Assembly: GCA_902797155.1 (NCBI GenBank)
Contig: CADBRW010000066.1
Coordinates: 1-43,890, forward strand
Direction: 5' to 3'
DNA: 43,890 nucleotides
DNA from: an uncultured Lachnospiraceae bacterium
GTDB lineage: Bacteria > Bacillota > Clostridia > Lachnospirales > Lachnospiraceae
The stretch's first letter is position 1; each line of letters opens with the position of its first letter. Shown here piece by piece: positions 30,808 to 41,306 of the stretch. The translations under genes and the position numbers were made by a program. The notes under the pieces are model-generated. The model made no database searches. It had not been told where the DNA came from and was given only the letters and a program-made list of their open reading frames with translations.

Positions 30808-31419
30808 ATGAATAAGGAAGCAATGTATAAGCTGGGGTACGGACTCTATGTTCTGACAGCGAAGAGTGCGGACGGTACCAAGGATAACGGCTGTATCATC
30901 AATACGGCGATTCAGGTAACCACGACGCCGAACCGGATATCCATCTGTGTGAACAAGGCGAATCTCACCCATGACATCGTGCATGAGACGGGGGAGTTCA
31001 ACATTTCCATACTTTCCGAAAAGGCGGAGTTTGAGGTGTTCCGGCATTTTGGATTCCAGACCGGACGGGAGGTGGACAAGTTCGCGGATTATAAGGATGC
31101 GGTGCGTTCCAATAACGGACTCTATGTGATCACCAAGGGCGTAAATGCATTTATCTCCGGCAAGGTTGTGCAGGAGGTGGATCTGGGCACACATACCATG
31201 TTCATCGCGGATGTGACGGACGGCGGTGTCCTGAATCAGGATCCCTCGGCGACCTACAGCTATTATCAGTCAAATATCAAGCCCAAGCCGGAGAAGACCC
31301 AGGTAAAGGGCTGGCGCTGCAAGATCTGCGGATACATTTACGAGGGTGAGGAGCTTCCGGAAGACTTCATCTGCCCCACCTGTAAGCACGGAGCCATTGA
31401 CTTCGAGAAGATTGAATGA
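30808..31419 (+). CDS. Flavin reductase - rubredoxin fusion (high-molecular-weight rubredoxin-like)
   Basis: YGLYVL...NGCIINT, GTHTMF; C-terminal WRCKICGYIY...CPTC. Confidence 0.88.
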   Translation: MNKEAMYKLGYGLYVLTAKSADGTKDNGCIINTAIQVTTTPNRISICVNKANLTHDIVHETGEFNISILSEKAEFEVFRHFGFQTGREVDKFADYKDAVRSNNGLYVITKGVNAFISGKVVQEVDLGTHTMFIADVTDGGVLNQDPSATYSYYQSNIKPKPEKTQVKGWRCKICGYIYEGEELPEDFICPTCKHGAIDFEKIE

Positions 31420-31432
31420 GAGGAATGACACT

Positions 31433-32212
31433 ATGAAACGAATTGGTTTTATCGGAATTGGAAATATGGGTTCGGCTCTTTTCTCCGGCTTTGTTGCCGC
31501 AGGAAAGCTGACCCCCGAGATGGCATATGCATATACGCCGATCCCGGCTGAGCTGGCTGCAAAGCGTGAGGAGCTGGGCATCGGAACCTGCAGCACACTG
31601 GAGGAAATGCTGGAGAAGGTGGATATGGTCCTGATCGCCTGCAAACCCGCGCAGGTGCTGGAAAATGCGAAGATCATTGAAGAGAAGGCTCCGGAAATGC
31701 CTGTGATCTGTATTGCAGCTGGATTCTCACTGGAGAAGTTCAGGGAGGCCGGCGTGAATATCAAGGTTCAGTGCATTATGCCCAATACGCCTGCCCGTAT
31801 TCAGGACGGCGTAACTCTCTTTGAGGAATGCCATACCATGACGGAGGAAGACAATGCCTATGCGAAGGATCTGCTGACGGCTGTTGGTACGGTTGAAGTG
31901 CTGCCGCCTCATCTGATGAAGATCGGTATGTGCATCACCAGCTGTGCTCCCGCATTTGTGGATCTCTTCATCGAGGCCTATGCCGATGCGGCGGTTAAGT
32001 ACGGGATCCCCAGAGCAACGGCGTATCGTCTGGTGAGCGGAATGGTTCACGGATCTGCGGGTCTGCAGATCGCCACCGGCCTGCATCCGGGCGTACTGAA
32101 GGATCAGGTTTGCTCCCCCGGCGGAACCACCATCCGCGGTGTGGCCGCACTGGAAGCCTGTGGTTTCCGGAGCGCCTGCATCGAGTCGGTGGATGAGATC
32201 ATTAATATGTAG
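31433..32212 (+). CDS. proC: Pyrroline-5-carboxylate reductase
   Basis: GFIGIGNMG, MPNTP, VCSPGGTTI. Confidence 0.93.
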   Translation: MKRIGFIGIGNMGSALFSGFVAAGKLTPEMAYAYTPIPAELAAKREELGIGTCSTLEEMLEKVDMVLIACKPAQVLENAKIIEEKAPEMPVICIAAGFSLEKFREAGVNIKVQCIMPNTPARIQDGVTLFEECHTMTEEDNAYAKDLLTAVGTVEVLPPHLMKIGMCITSCAPAFVDLFIEAYADAAVKYGIPRATAYRLVSGMVHGSAGLQIATGLHPGVLKDQVCSPGGTTIRGVAALEACGFRSACIESVDEIINM

Positions 32213-32233
32213 CTGGTAAGAAGGAACCTATTC

Positions 32234-33934
32234 ATGGAACAGAAACCTAAGAAAAAGATGAAACGCTATAAGAATCTTCTGTTCGGCCGGGCTATCCCGG
32301 CCGGGCTTTTGATTGGATTGCAGCTATTCTGGATATTTGCTGCGGTTTCCCAGCTGATCACTTTTTTTCCGGTGCTGAACGAGATCATGCGTGTGCTTTC
32401 CGTGATCTTTGTGATCATTCTTCTGAATGACCAGAACGAACAGTCGGAATATAAGCTGATCTGGATCATCGTGGTTCTTTTGTTCCCCATCTTCGGGGCA
32501 CCCTTCTATTACCTCTTCGGAAACCGGAAACCCGGCAGGAACTTCAAACGCCGGCTGGATGCGGCGGATGTGAAATACCATCTGTCCTATTTCCAGGACC
32601 GGAAGACTCAGGATGCATTTTTGCAGAAGGATGTGAGAGGAGCAAGTACCTCCGATTATATCTTTAACGCCCAGTATTTCCCGGTTCATCAGAATACGGA
32701 GCTGACTTACTATAACACCGGTGAGACCCTGCTGGAAGGGATGATGGATGCGATCCGGTCTGCGGAACATTTTATCTTCCTTGAGTATTTTACCATTGAG
32801 GTTGGAGATGTGTGGGAACCCATGCTGAACCTGTTGATCGAGAAAGCGGAGCAGGGCGTGGAGGTCTGCCTTCTCTATGATGATTTCGGATGCTCTCAGT
32901 ATCTGCCGAGAAATTATCATAAGGAAATGAATAAGATCAGCCCGAATTTCAAATGTCTCAAGTATAACCGCATGGTGCCCTTCTTCTCGGTGTTCATGAA
33001 TAACCGGGATCACAGGAAGATGCTGATCGTGGACGGATACATCGGCTTCACCGGAGGCATGAATCTGTCCGACCGTTATGTGAATATCAACTGCCCCTAC
33101 GGAAAATGGAAGGATGCAGGACTCCGTATGGTGGGAGATGCGGTCTGGAATCTTACGCTGATGTTCCTGGAAATGTGGGAGGCTGTGGACATTGAGGCCT
33201 TCCGCCGGAATCAGAAGAGAGCCCGTCTGCTGCGTCGCCTGGACAAGAAGCTGGAGCATAACCGTCATACCTCACGGACAGAGGAGAAGCTGACGGAAAT
33301 GGACGAGGAAGAGAAGGATGTATTCATGGGCATGATCAACGAGCTGAAGGATTACATGCCCCACCGTTATCATGAGATCGTGAAGTCGGATGCCTTCGTT
33401 CAGCCCTATGGTGATGAACCCTTTGACGATGTATTTCTTTCCGAAAATGTATATATCGAGCTGATCAATCAGGCAAAGCGGAGGCTCTATATCTTCACTC
33501 CCTACCTGATCATGAGCGATGAGCTGACCAGAGCCATCTGTATCGCATCGAAGCGGGGCGTGGATGTGCGGATCGTGGTTCCGGGGATCCCGGACAAGAA
33601 GATGGTCTATCGTCTGACCAAGGCCACCTTCCCACACCTGAAGGCAGAGGGTGTCCGGATCTATACCTATACACCGGGCTTCCTTCACTCGAAATGTATG
33701 CTCTGTGATAACGAGAAGGCGGTAGTCGGTACGGTGAACCTGGATTACCGCAGCCTGTTCCTGCATTTCGAGGATGCGGTTTTTTTCTCGGATGCCAAGA
33801 CAGCCAGCAGGCTTTATCTGGATTTCCGTGAAACCTTCAAGGTTTCCCATGAAGTGACGGAAGAGGATATGAAGCGGTCTTTCTTCGGGCAGATCCTGGA
33901 TTCCGTCCTACGCGTCATCGCACCCATGCTGTAG
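32234..33934 (+). CDS. cls: Cardiolipin synthase
   Basis: Two HKD motifs (HRKMLIVD, HSKCMLCD), N-terminal TMs/PLDc_N, NLDYRS. Confidence 0.92.
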   Translation: MEQKPKKKMKRYKNLLFGRAIPAGLLIGLQLFWIFAAVSQLITFFPVLNEIMRVLSVIFVIILLNDQNEQSEYKLIWIIVVLLFPIFGAPFYYLFGNRKPGRNFKRRLDAADVKYHLSYFQDRKTQDAFLQKDVRGASTSDYIFNAQYFPVHQNTELTYYNTGETLLEGMMDAIRSAEHFIFLEYFTIEVGDVWEPMLNLLIEKAEQGVEVCLLYDDFGCSQYLPRNYHKEMNKISPNFKCLKYNRMVPFFSVFMNNRDHRKMLIVDGYIGFTGGMNLSDRYVNINCPYGKWKDAGLRMVGDAVWNLTLMFLEMWEAVDIEAFRRNQKRARLLRRLDKKLEHNRHTSRTEEKLTEMDEEEKDVFMGMINELKDYMPHRYHEIVKSDAFVQPYGDEPFDDVFLSENVYIELINQAKRRLYIFTPYLIMSDELTRAICIASKRGVDVRIVVPGIPDKKMVYRLTKATFPHLKAEGVRIYTYTPGFLHSKCMLCDNEKAVVGTVNLDYRSLFLHFEDAVFFSDAKTASRLYLDFRETFKVSHEVTEEDMKRSFFGQILDSVLRVIAPML

Positions 33935-33959
33935 GAGCGACAGACCGGGCGGTAAATGT

Positions 33960-33992
33960 GGGGACGGTTCCGGACTGTCCAGAACCGTCCCC
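33960..33992. repeat. 33-bp palindrome, family B copy 1
   Basis: GGGGACGGTTCCGGACTGTCCAGAACCGTCCCC; one mismatch to the reverse complement of 39089-39121. Confidence 0.8.
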
Positions 33993-34036
33993 GATTTTGC
34001 GCTTTTTTAAGAATAATTGATAATCCGTCACATCTC

Positions 34037-34065
34037 TTGCAAAGCAACGGGGTGAGTGATAAGAT
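34037..34065 (+). promoter_or_regulatory. Sigma-A promoter of ftsH
   Basis: TTGCAA-N17-TAAGAT with extended TG, immediately before CIRCE. Confidence 0.6.
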
Positions 34066-34070
34066 TGCGG

Positions 34071-34097
34071 TTAGCACTTAGGGGGGAAGAGTGCTAA
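34071..34097 (+). promoter_or_regulatory. CIRCE element (HrcA operator)
   Basis: TTAGCACTt-N9-GAGTGCTAA, 17/18 match to TTAGCACTC-N9-GAGTGCTAA. Confidence 0.9.
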
Positions 34098-34122
34098 TCC
34101 TGGAAACTCGGAGGTAAGTGTT

Positions 34123-35979
34123 ATGCCACAACAACCGGATCGTAAGAAGACGGCCACATTCTGGATCATGTTCCTAGTCATCTTCGGAATCATGAATGTG
34201 CTGATCTACAATCGTTTTGTAAAGCAGCAGGTGGCGGAAGTGGGCTATGACGTCTTCATGAAAAAGATCGAAGACAAGACCCTTGAGGAGGCGGCTCTTT
34301 CCTCCACACAGATCGTATTCAAGGATAAGAGCGGAAATGTATACAAGACCGGTCTCATGGAGGATGCACAGCTATATGAGCGCCTCTATAAATCCGGTGC
34401 CAAATTCGGCGCGGAGATCGAAGAACCCATGAATCCGCTTCTTTATTATGCCATCACCTTTGGTGTGCAGATCCTGCTTCTGGTGATCCTGTGGAAGTTC
34501 ATGATGAGCAGGCTGAAGAAGCGCTCCGGAGATGATCCCGACATGCTTTCCTTCTCATTGGGAGGAGGTCGTGGCCGCGGTACCGGACGGATCTATGTAA
34601 AGTCCAAGAACGATGTGCGGTTTAAGGATGTTGCGGGAGAAGAGGAGGCGAAGGACCTCCTGACTGAGATCGTAGGTTACCTGCATGATCCTGAGAAATA
34701 TACGGAGATCGGTGCGACCCTGCCGAAGGGCGCGCTGCTGGTGGGCCCTCCGGGAACCGGTAAGACCATGCTGGCGAAGGCCGTTGCGGGAGAAGCGGAT
34801 GTACCCTTCTTCTCCATCTCCGGTTCCGAATTTGTACAGATGTTTGTGGGTATGGGTGCGGCGAAGGTCCGTGACCTCTTTAAACAGGCCAAGGAGAAGG
34901 CACCCTGTATCATTTTCATTGATGAGATCGATGCTATCGGTAAGAAGCGTGACGCCAGTCTGTCCACCAACGACGAGCGTGAGCAGACTCTGAACCAGCT
35001 GCTTTCCGAGATGGACGGTTTTGAAGGAAATACCGGCGTCGTGATCCTGGCGGCCACCAACCGTCCGGAATCGCTGGATCCGGCCCTGCTTCGTCCGGGG
35101 CGTTTCGACCGTCGTATCCCGGTGGAGCTTCCGGATCTGAAGGGACGTATCGACATCCTTCGGGTGCATGCGAAGAAGATCCGTATCTCCGAAAATGTGG
35201 ATTTCGATACCATCGCCAAGACTGCCTCCGGTGCTTCCGGTGCCCAACTGGCCAATATCGTAAATGAGGCTGCTCTTCGTGCGGTCCGTGAGGGACGTAA
35301 GGTGGTGCAGCAGGATGACCTGATGGAGTCCGTAGAGGTGGTTATCGCGGGCTATCAGAAGAAGAATAAGATCCTGACCAACAAGGAGAAGCTGGTTGTC
35401 AGCTATCATGAGGTGGGACATGCACTGGTGGCTGCGATGCAGACCCATTCCGCTCCGGTTACCAAGATCACCATCATTCCGCGTACCAGCGGAGCCCTCG
35501 GCTATACCATGCAGGTGGACGAGGATGAGCACAACCTGATGAACCGGACGGAGATCCTGAACAAGGTGGCTACTCTGGCCGGCGGTCGTGCCGCAGAGGA
35601 GCTGATCTTCGACGAGATCACCACAGGAGCCTCCAATGATATTGAGCAGGCTACGAAGCTGGCAAGGGCCATGGTAACCCGTTTCGGTATGAGTGATGAG
35701 TTCGATATGGTGGCCATGGAGGTGGTGACCAACCAGTATTTGGGCGGAGACACCTCGCTTGCATGCTCGCCCGAGACGCAGACGAAGATCGACCATATGG
35801 TGGTACAGATCGTAAAGGAACAGCATCAGAAGGCAAGGGAGATCCTGCAGCAGAACGTACAGAAGCTGCATGAGATCGCCAAGCATCTCTATGAAAATGA
35901 GACCATTACCGGTGAGGAATTCATGGAGATCCTGAACTCCAGCGAGAATACGCTGCTCAGCGGAATGACGCAGGAATGA
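34123..35979 (+). CDS. ftsH: ATP-dependent zinc metalloprotease FtsH
   Basis: Two TMs, [28 protein letters not shown] zinc motif, TTGASND. Confidence 0.96.
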   Translation: MPQQPDRKKTATFWIMFLVIFGIMNVLIYNRFVKQQVAEVGYDVFMKKIEDKTLEEAALSSTQIVFKDKSGNVYKTGLMEDAQLYERLYKSGAKFGAEIEEPMNPLLYYAITFGVQILLLVILWKFMMSRLKKRSGDDPDMLSFSLGGGRGRGTGRIYVKSKNDVRFKDVAGEEEAKDLLTEIVGYLHDPEKYTEIGATLPKGALLVGPPGTGKTMLAKAVAGEADVPFFSISGSEFVQMFVGMGAAKVRDLFKQAKEKAPCIIFIDEIDAIGKKRDASLSTNDEREQTLNQLLSEMDGFEGNTGVVILAATNRPESLDPALLRPGRFDRRIPVELPDLKGRIDILRVHAKKIRISENVDFDTIAKTASGASGAQLANIVNEAALRAVREGRKVVQQDDLMESVEVVIAGYQKKNKILTNKEKLVVSYHEVGHALVAAMQTHSAPVTKITIIPRTSGALGYTMQVDEDEHNLMNRTEILNKVATLAGGRAAEELIFDEITTGASNDIEQATKLARAMVTRFGMSDEFDMVAMEVVTNQYLGGDTSLACSPETQTKIDHMVVQIVKEQHQKAREILQQNVQKLHEIAKHLYENETITGEEFMEILNSSENTLLSGMTQE

Positions 35980-36041
35980 CGGAAGGTGTAGCAGATGACA
36001 GGGGGAATACTCCCAAAGTGGTATTTTAAGGGGGGAACAGT

Positions 36042-37403
36042 ATGGATGTGAAGGAATATGCAAAACTATATGAACCAATCTGCTACAAGGCGGATGAGGT
36101 GGATGAGAATCTTTATGAAGCCTACGGCGTGAAGAGGGGACTTCGCGACAAGAACGGGAAGGGTGTCCTGACCGGCGTGACCAACATTTCCAAGATCGTT
36201 TCCTCACGGATCGAAGATGGGAAGGAAGTGCACTGTGACGGGCAGCTCTGGTACCGTGGATACAATGTCATCGACATGGTGAAGGATTTCGGATTCAAGC
36301 GTTTCGGGTTTGAGGAGGTGGCGTATCTCCTGCTCTTCGGTGAGCTCCCGACGGACGATGAGCTCATCGATTTCAAGGCGACCCTGGGTTCGCTTCGGAC
36401 TCTTCCTACTAACTTTACAAGGGATGTCATCATGAAGGCACCCAGCAGGGATGTCATGAATTCCATGACGAAGTCGGTGCTTACGCTGTCGGCCTATGAT
36501 GACAATGTATCGGATCTCTCCATTCCCAACGTGCTGGAGCAGTGCCTCCGACTGATCAGCGAATTCCCGATGCTGGCGGTTTACGGCTATAATGCCTACA
36601 GTCACTACGAGAAGGATGAGAGTATGTTCATCCATTTCCCGGATCCCAACATTTCCACGGCGGAGAATATCCTCAGGCTTCTCAGGCCGAACAAGGAATA
36701 TACGCTTCTGGAGGCTCAGGTTCTGGATGCGGCCCTGGTTCTGCATGCGGAGCACGGCGGCGGTAATAACTCCACATTTACCACCCGTGTGGTTTCCTCG
36801 GCGGGATCGGACACCTACTCCGTTATGGCGGCGGCGCTGTCCTCGCTGAAGGGGCCGAAGCACGGAGGCGCGAACATCAAGGTAATGCAGATGATGGATG
36901 ATATACGCGCCCATGTTCCGGATTATAAGGATAAGGACCGGCTTCGTGATTATCTGGCGAAGATCGTGGACCGACAGGCCTTCGACCGCGCTGGTCTGAT
37001 TTATGGTATGGGACATGCCATTTACTCTGTGTCGGATCCGAGAGCAAGAGTGTTCCGTAAGTTCGTGGAGAAGCTGGCTGCCGAGAAGAAGCTGGATGAT
37101 GAATTCGAGCTCTATGCGTCTATCGAGAAAATGGCACCGGAGATCATCGCCGAGAAGCGGAAGATCTACAAGGGTGTCAGTGCAAATGTGGACTTTTTCA
37201 GTGGTTTCGTGTATAGTATGCTTGGAATCCCGCTTGAGCTCTACACGCCGATCTTTGCGATCGCGCGCATTGTGGGCTGGTCGGCGCACAGAATCGAGGA
37301 ATTGATAAATGTGGACAAAATTATACGACCTGCTTATCGGTCCGTCATGGTCGAGAGAGAATACGCCCCCTACGCGACACGCAGCCCCCATACCGCCGAC
37401 TGA
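36042..37403 (+). CDS. gltA: Citrate synthase
   Basis: [39 protein letters not shown]. Confidence 0.92.
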   Translation: MDVKEYAKLYEPICYKADEVDENLYEAYGVKRGLRDKNGKGVLTGVTNISKIVSSRIEDGKEVHCDGQLWYRGYNVIDMVKDFGFKRFGFEEVAYLLLFGELPTDDELIDFKATLGSLRTLPTNFTRDVIMKAPSRDVMNSMTKSVLTLSAYDDNVSDLSIPNVLEQCLRLISEFPMLAVYGYNAYSHYEKDESMFIHFPDPNISTAENILRLLRPNKEYTLLEAQVLDAALVLHAEHGGGNNSTFTTRVVSSAGSDTYSVMAAALSSLKGPKHGGANIKVMQMMDDIRAHVPDYKDKDRLRDYLAKIVDRQAFDRAGLIYGMGHAIYSVSDPRARVFRKFVEKLAAEKKLDDEFELYASIEKMAPEIIAEKRKIYKGVSANVDFFSGFVYSMLGIPLELYTPIFAIARIVGWSAHRIEELINVDKIIRPAYRSVMVEREYAPYATRSPHTAD

Positions 37404-37419
37404 TTTCGGCCCGGGGTAC

Positions 37420-39024
37420 ATGATCAGCTGCTGTTTTTCGTATGCCGATGAGATCGGACGTAAGAAGAACGGAACCTACCCGGAGGATGCGGCCATCACG
37501 CTCCGTGAGCTGCTGAAGTACGACCTCCTGGTGTATTTGGGGTATCTTTATGATCCTGACAGCTCGGAACCCGTGCGTCAGGTGGCTTTTGCAAATGAAC
37601 TGCTGCAGATCAAGCTGACCACGGAGCAGTTCTTCAGCTTCCGAAATGAAAACAGTCTGAATCCGGAGCTTCTGTCCAAGGTTCCGGATTCCTTGAAATA
37701 TTTCGTAAAGGATGACCTTCTGCCATCCTCCCGGCGGTCTTCCACCGGGGTTTCGATCTCCCGTTTTATCGTGAACAGTTACCGGGATCTGGGCCTGGCA
37801 TTTATTGCATTTGCCGGGATCAGTGAGTCTGAATCCAAGAAGATCACGGTTTACATCGATCTGCTGAATGATTATCTGAAGGCCTATGGCCTGTATGATT
37901 CGTTGGATCCTCTTCGCATGGGCGAGAAAGGCCGGGCGGATTACGGAATGCCGCAGCGCTTTACACCTCCGAAACCGAGACCGGATGCAAATGTGGATAT
38001 GACCGTGGCGGCATCGTATTTTACGGATGATCCCGTACCGCCGGCAGGGAGAGGCGGTGCATCGCAGCAGGCGGATACCCGCGGTGTGGCAGGAAGAGCG
38101 GAAGTGCGTGGCAGCGAGCGCCATGGAATTACAGAAACGGATAAGACGAGAGAAGGGAAGAAGGGAAATGTGGCGAAGGCCGCTGCGGCACCGGAGCCGG
38201 TACAGTCCACCATTGAGGAACTGCTGGAGGATCTGGATCAGCTGATCGGTCTCGATCATGTAAAGAAGAGTCTGAACAATCTGATCAATGTGATCCGGGT
38301 TCGTAAGATGCGGGACAAGATGGGCTTAAAGCAGCCGGATATGTCGCTTCATCTGGTATTCTCCGGGAATCCGGGAACCGGTAAGACCACAGTGGCCAGG
38401 CTCCTGGCGAAGATCTACAAGGCGCTGGGAGTAGTCAGCAAGGGCCAGCTGGTGGAGGTGGACCGTGCGGGCCTGGTGGAGGGCTATGTGGGCCAAACGG
38501 CGCAGAAGACCAATGAGGTTGTGGACAGCGCCCTGGGCGGTGTGCTCTTCATCGACGAGGCATATACTCTGACCAACAAGAAGGAGTCCGGAGACTTCGG
38601 ACAGGAAGCGGTGGATACGCTGTTGAAGCGTATGGAGGATGACCGGAAGGACTTTATCGTCATTGTTGCCGGCTACACCGCACCCATGGAGGAATTCCTT
38701 CAGTCGAATCCGGGATTGCGCTCCCGATTCAACAAGTTTATCGATTTCGAGGATTACTCCGCAGAGGAGCTCTATGATATCTTCATCTCCATGTGTCACA
38801 GTCAGGATTTCCGCCTGATGGAGGATGCGGACGCCTATGTGAAGGAGTATTTCGGCATACTGGTGGACAATAAAGCGGATCATTTCGCCAATGCCCGTGA
38901 GGTGCGGAACTTCTTCGAACGATGCGTGGAACGGCAGGCAAACCGCCTGGTGAAGACGGAGAACTTCGATAAGGACGAGATCACTACCTTCCGTAAGGAA
39001 GACCTGATCGAAAGCATCATCTGA
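37420..39024 (+). CDS. SpoVK/CbxX-type AAA+ ATPase with uncharacterised N-terminal domain
   Basis: [48 protein letters not shown]. Start uncertain; the frame is open back to 37309. Confidence 0.85.
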   Translation: MISCCFSYADEIGRKKNGTYPEDAAITLRELLKYDLLVYLGYLYDPDSSEPVRQVAFANELLQIKLTTEQFFSFRNENSLNPELLSKVPDSLKYFVKDDLLPSSRRSSTGVSISRFIVNSYRDLGLAFIAFAGISESESKKITVYIDLLNDYLKAYGLYDSLDPLRMGEKGRADYGMPQRFTPPKPRPDANVDMTVAASYFTDDPVPPAGRGGASQQADTRGVAGRAEVRGSERHGITETDKTREGKKGNVAKAAAAPEPVQSTIEELLEDLDQLIGLDHVKKSLNNLINVIRVRKMRDKMGLKQPDMSLHLVFSGNPGTGKTTVARLLAKIYKALGVVSKGQLVEVDRAGLVEGYVGQTAQKTNEVVDSALGGVLFIDEAYTLTNKKESGDFGQEAVDTLLKRMEDDRKDFIVIVAGYTAPMEEFLQSNPGLRSRFNKFIDFEDYSAEELYDIFISMCHSQDFRLMEDADAYVKEYFGILVDNKADHFANAREVRNFFERCVERQANRLVKTENFDKDEITTFRKEDLIESII

Positions 39025-39033
39025 TGGAAAATT

Positions 39034-39046
39034 GGGGTCAGACCCC
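39034..39046. repeat. Solitary family A terminal motif GGGGTCAGACCCC
   Basis: Exact 13-nt arm motif 10 nt after the AAA+ stop codon. Confidence 0.6.
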
Positions 39047-39082
39047 GTGAAAAAACTGTGAAATGCATTGGCATGGCCCTGT

Positions 39083-39127
39083 AAAAGCGGGGACGGTTCC
39101 GGACAGTCCGGAACCGTCCCCGCTTTT
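39083..39127. repeat. Family B palindrome copy 2; likely also a terminator
   Basis: AAAAGC-GGGGACGGTTCCGGAC-A-GTCCGGAACCGTCCCC-GCTTTT, a perfect inverted repeat followed by T tract. Confidence 0.82.
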
Positions 39128-39152
39128 TTCAGGACAATTTCAAAATTTATAC

Positions 39153-39206
39153 TTGACATAGTAGTAAAAGTATACTATCATACAGATAGTAGCAGAAAGC
39201 TACTAA
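39153..39206 (+). promoter_or_regulatory. Sigma-A promoter overlapped by two 21-bp palindromic operators (putative NrtR sites)
   Basis: TTGACA(39153)-N17-TATCAT(39176); ATAGTAGTAAAAGTATACTAT (39158-39178) and ATAGTAGCAGAAAGCTACTAA (39186-39206). Confidence 0.75.
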
Positions 39207-39242
39207 GTGGAAAGGGCGAAAAAAGAGAAAGGAGGAACCGCC

Positions 39243-40292
39243 ATGAGAATTCTTTACAGAAAGTTTCAACCGGTAGACTATGTGATCGTTATGAAGAACG
39301 GAAAGAGGGTAAAAGAAGGGATAGGCCTTACGGTACTTGGAAACAGCATGCGGATCGGCCTTATCGTGGCACCGGCTACAGCTTATGACGGCACATTTGC
39401 CTTTGATGATCTTGTGACTGCGGATTATCAGAGCATCTGCGTTCAGGGCGCGGTGACCTACATGATCAGTGATTACGGACAGGCAGCCAGGATGGCGGAT
39501 TTCTCCTACACCAATAATTATAAGGAGAAGCAGGCTGAGGCCATGAAGCTGATCGGCCAGCGGATCAACAATATCATCAAGGCCATCGTGATCCGGGAGG
39601 CCGGAAGCCGTGTTGTGAGGGAGATCGTGAAGCAGGCAGACTGCATGGCCGGTCTGATCATGACAGGTTTGCAGGAGGATCAGGCTGTGGGGAAGCTGGG
39701 GGTGAGGATCCTGGCAGTCAACGTTCTGGGCGTGATCCCGAAACCTGAGACAAGGAAGGCCCTGGAGGCTGCGGCAAGAGAGGAGATCCTGAAGGAGCAG
39801 GATGACGCCATCTACAAGCGGCGGAATTCCGCCATCGAGCAGGAACGGCTGATCCGTGAAAATGAGCTTCAGACCGAGATCAGGGTGGCGGAAAAGGAGA
39901 AGGAGAAGAAGGAGAAGGAACAGGAGATCAAACGCAGGCTGATGCAGACGGAACTGGATATGGAGCAGGAGAAACAGGAGCGGCAGATGCAGATGAAGCA
40001 GACGGAGCTTCAGGAGCGGATCCGTATGGAGGAGAAGAACCGCGAATATGTGGATCTTGAAGTGGAGAACGAGAAGAAGAAGGCGGATGAAAAGGCCTAC
40101 GAGATGGCCGAGATGATGAAGGCGTATGAGAATGTAAATGTGGCACTGATCGAAGCTCTCGCACTGGCAAAGGTGGATCCGAAGACCCTGATGGCCAAGG
40201 CCTTCATGGAGATGGGAGAAAATGCAGGAAAGATCGGAACCCTGAATATGACCCCGGATCTGCTGGAGAGCATTGTAAGCGGAAAGAGATGA
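39243..40292 (+). CDS. SPFH/band-7 (flotillin-like) protein, NrtX-like
   Basis: AGGAGG RBS; N-terminal beta-rich SPFH region (TADYQSICVQG.VTY.I.D), then ALEA..RE.I...D.AIY.RRN.A.EQER.I.ENEL coiled coil; C-terminal IG.LN.TPDLL. Confidence 0.82.
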   Translation: MRILYRKFQPVDYVIVMKNGKRVKEGIGLTVLGNSMRIGLIVAPATAYDGTFAFDDLVTADYQSICVQGAVTYMISDYGQAARMADFSYTNNYKEKQAEAMKLIGQRINNIIKAIVIREAGSRVVREIVKQADCMAGLIMTGLQEDQAVGKLGVRILAVNVLGVIPKPETRKALEAAAREEILKEQDDAIYKRRNSAIEQERLIRENELQTEIRVAEKEKEKKEKEQEIKRRLMQTELDMEQEKQERQMQMKQTELQERIRMEEKNREYVDLEVENEKKKADEKAYEMAEMMKAYENVNVALIEALALAKVDPKTLMAKAFMEMGENAGKIGTLNMTPDLLESIVSGKR

Positions 40293-40341
40293 AGCGGCCG
40301 GATGTTGTCGGCCGGCGTCGGAGAACGGAAAGGAGGCCCGT

Positions 40342-41268
40342 ATGGAACGTGGTATGAATAAGGTCGTGATCGTGAAGAGGAAAACGCGGCTGGAAGACTT
40401 GAAAAGAAGATACAATACCGTGGAGCAGGCCAGGTTTTATGTGGAGCATCTGGGGGCGGATTTCCGTGATTATGAGAAGGAGCATGCGAATTATTATGCC
40501 GCATTGGAGTGTGTGCGGCAGATCGCCGGAAAATATGCGGTGATCCAGGAGATCGACCGGGACTATGTGCCGAATATGATCTTCGGTGCGGAGGATATCG
40601 TTGTTGCTGTGGGCCAGGACGGGCTGGTGGCAAATGTGATGAAGTATCTGGACGGCCAGCCCCTTCTGGGGGTGAATCCGGACGCGGCACGCTGGGACGG
40701 TTTCCTCCTGCCCTTTGAACCGGGGGATCTGGAACGGGTACTGCCACAGGTGACGGCGGGACATTTTCGTGAGAAAAGGATCACCATGGGAAAGGCCGAG
40801 ACCCGGGACGGGCAGGTGCTGTATGCGGTGAACGACTTCTTCGTCGGGATCAAAAATCATACCTCCGCAAGGTATCATATATGCTATAATGACACTGTGG
40901 AAAATCAGTCCTCCTCCGGTGTGATCATTTCCACCGGGCTGGGAATGTCCGGCTGGCACAGATCCATCATGGCGGAGTTTCGCGGGATGGCGAAGGCCTT
41001 TCACATGGGGGACGTGCCGGAACCGGAGTACCGCTGGGATACGGAGAAACTGGTGTTTCAGGTGCGGGAGCCCTATCCGGGACGCTTCACCCAGGCGGGA
41101 CTGGTATACGGACAGGTGACGGCACATGACCGGCTCAGCTTCGTGTCGGATATGGCGGAGGACGGTGTGATCTTCTCGGATGGAATTCTGGAGGACACCA
41201 TTGAGTTCAATGCCGGGACCAGGCTTGACATCACCATCGCCGAACGGGCAGGAAGACTCGTTCAGTAA
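40342..41268 (+). CDS. NAD kinase-like (PpnK fold) protein, NrtY-like
   Basis: VGQDG (GGDG variant), AVND, SSGVIISTGLGMSGW (STPTGSTAY variant), FSDG. Confidence 0.8.
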   Translation: MERGMNKVVIVKRKTRLEDLKRRYNTVEQARFYVEHLGADFRDYEKEHANYYAALECVRQIAGKYAVIQEIDRDYVPNMIFGAEDIVVAVGQDGLVANVMKYLDGQPLLGVNPDAARWDGFLLPFEPGDLERVLPQVTAGHFREKRITMGKAETRDGQVLYAVNDFFVGIKNHTSARYHICYNDTVENQSSSGVIISTGLGMSGWHRSIMAEFRGMAKAFHMGDVPEPEYRWDTEKLVFQVREPYPGRFTQAGLVYGQVTAHDRLSFVSDMAEDGVIFSDGILEDTIEFNAGTRLDITIAERAGRLVQ

Positions 41269-41306
41269 ATGGACATCAGCGCATATATGTAGTATGGGAG
41301 AAAATT

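Noticed and set aside
34555-37421. Long antisense ORFs (550 aa and 405 aa) opposite ftsH and gltA, and similar ones such as 666-2156 and 39147-40415
   Set aside because: They are shadows of well-supported sense genes, caused by codon bias, with no recognisable motifs or RBS.
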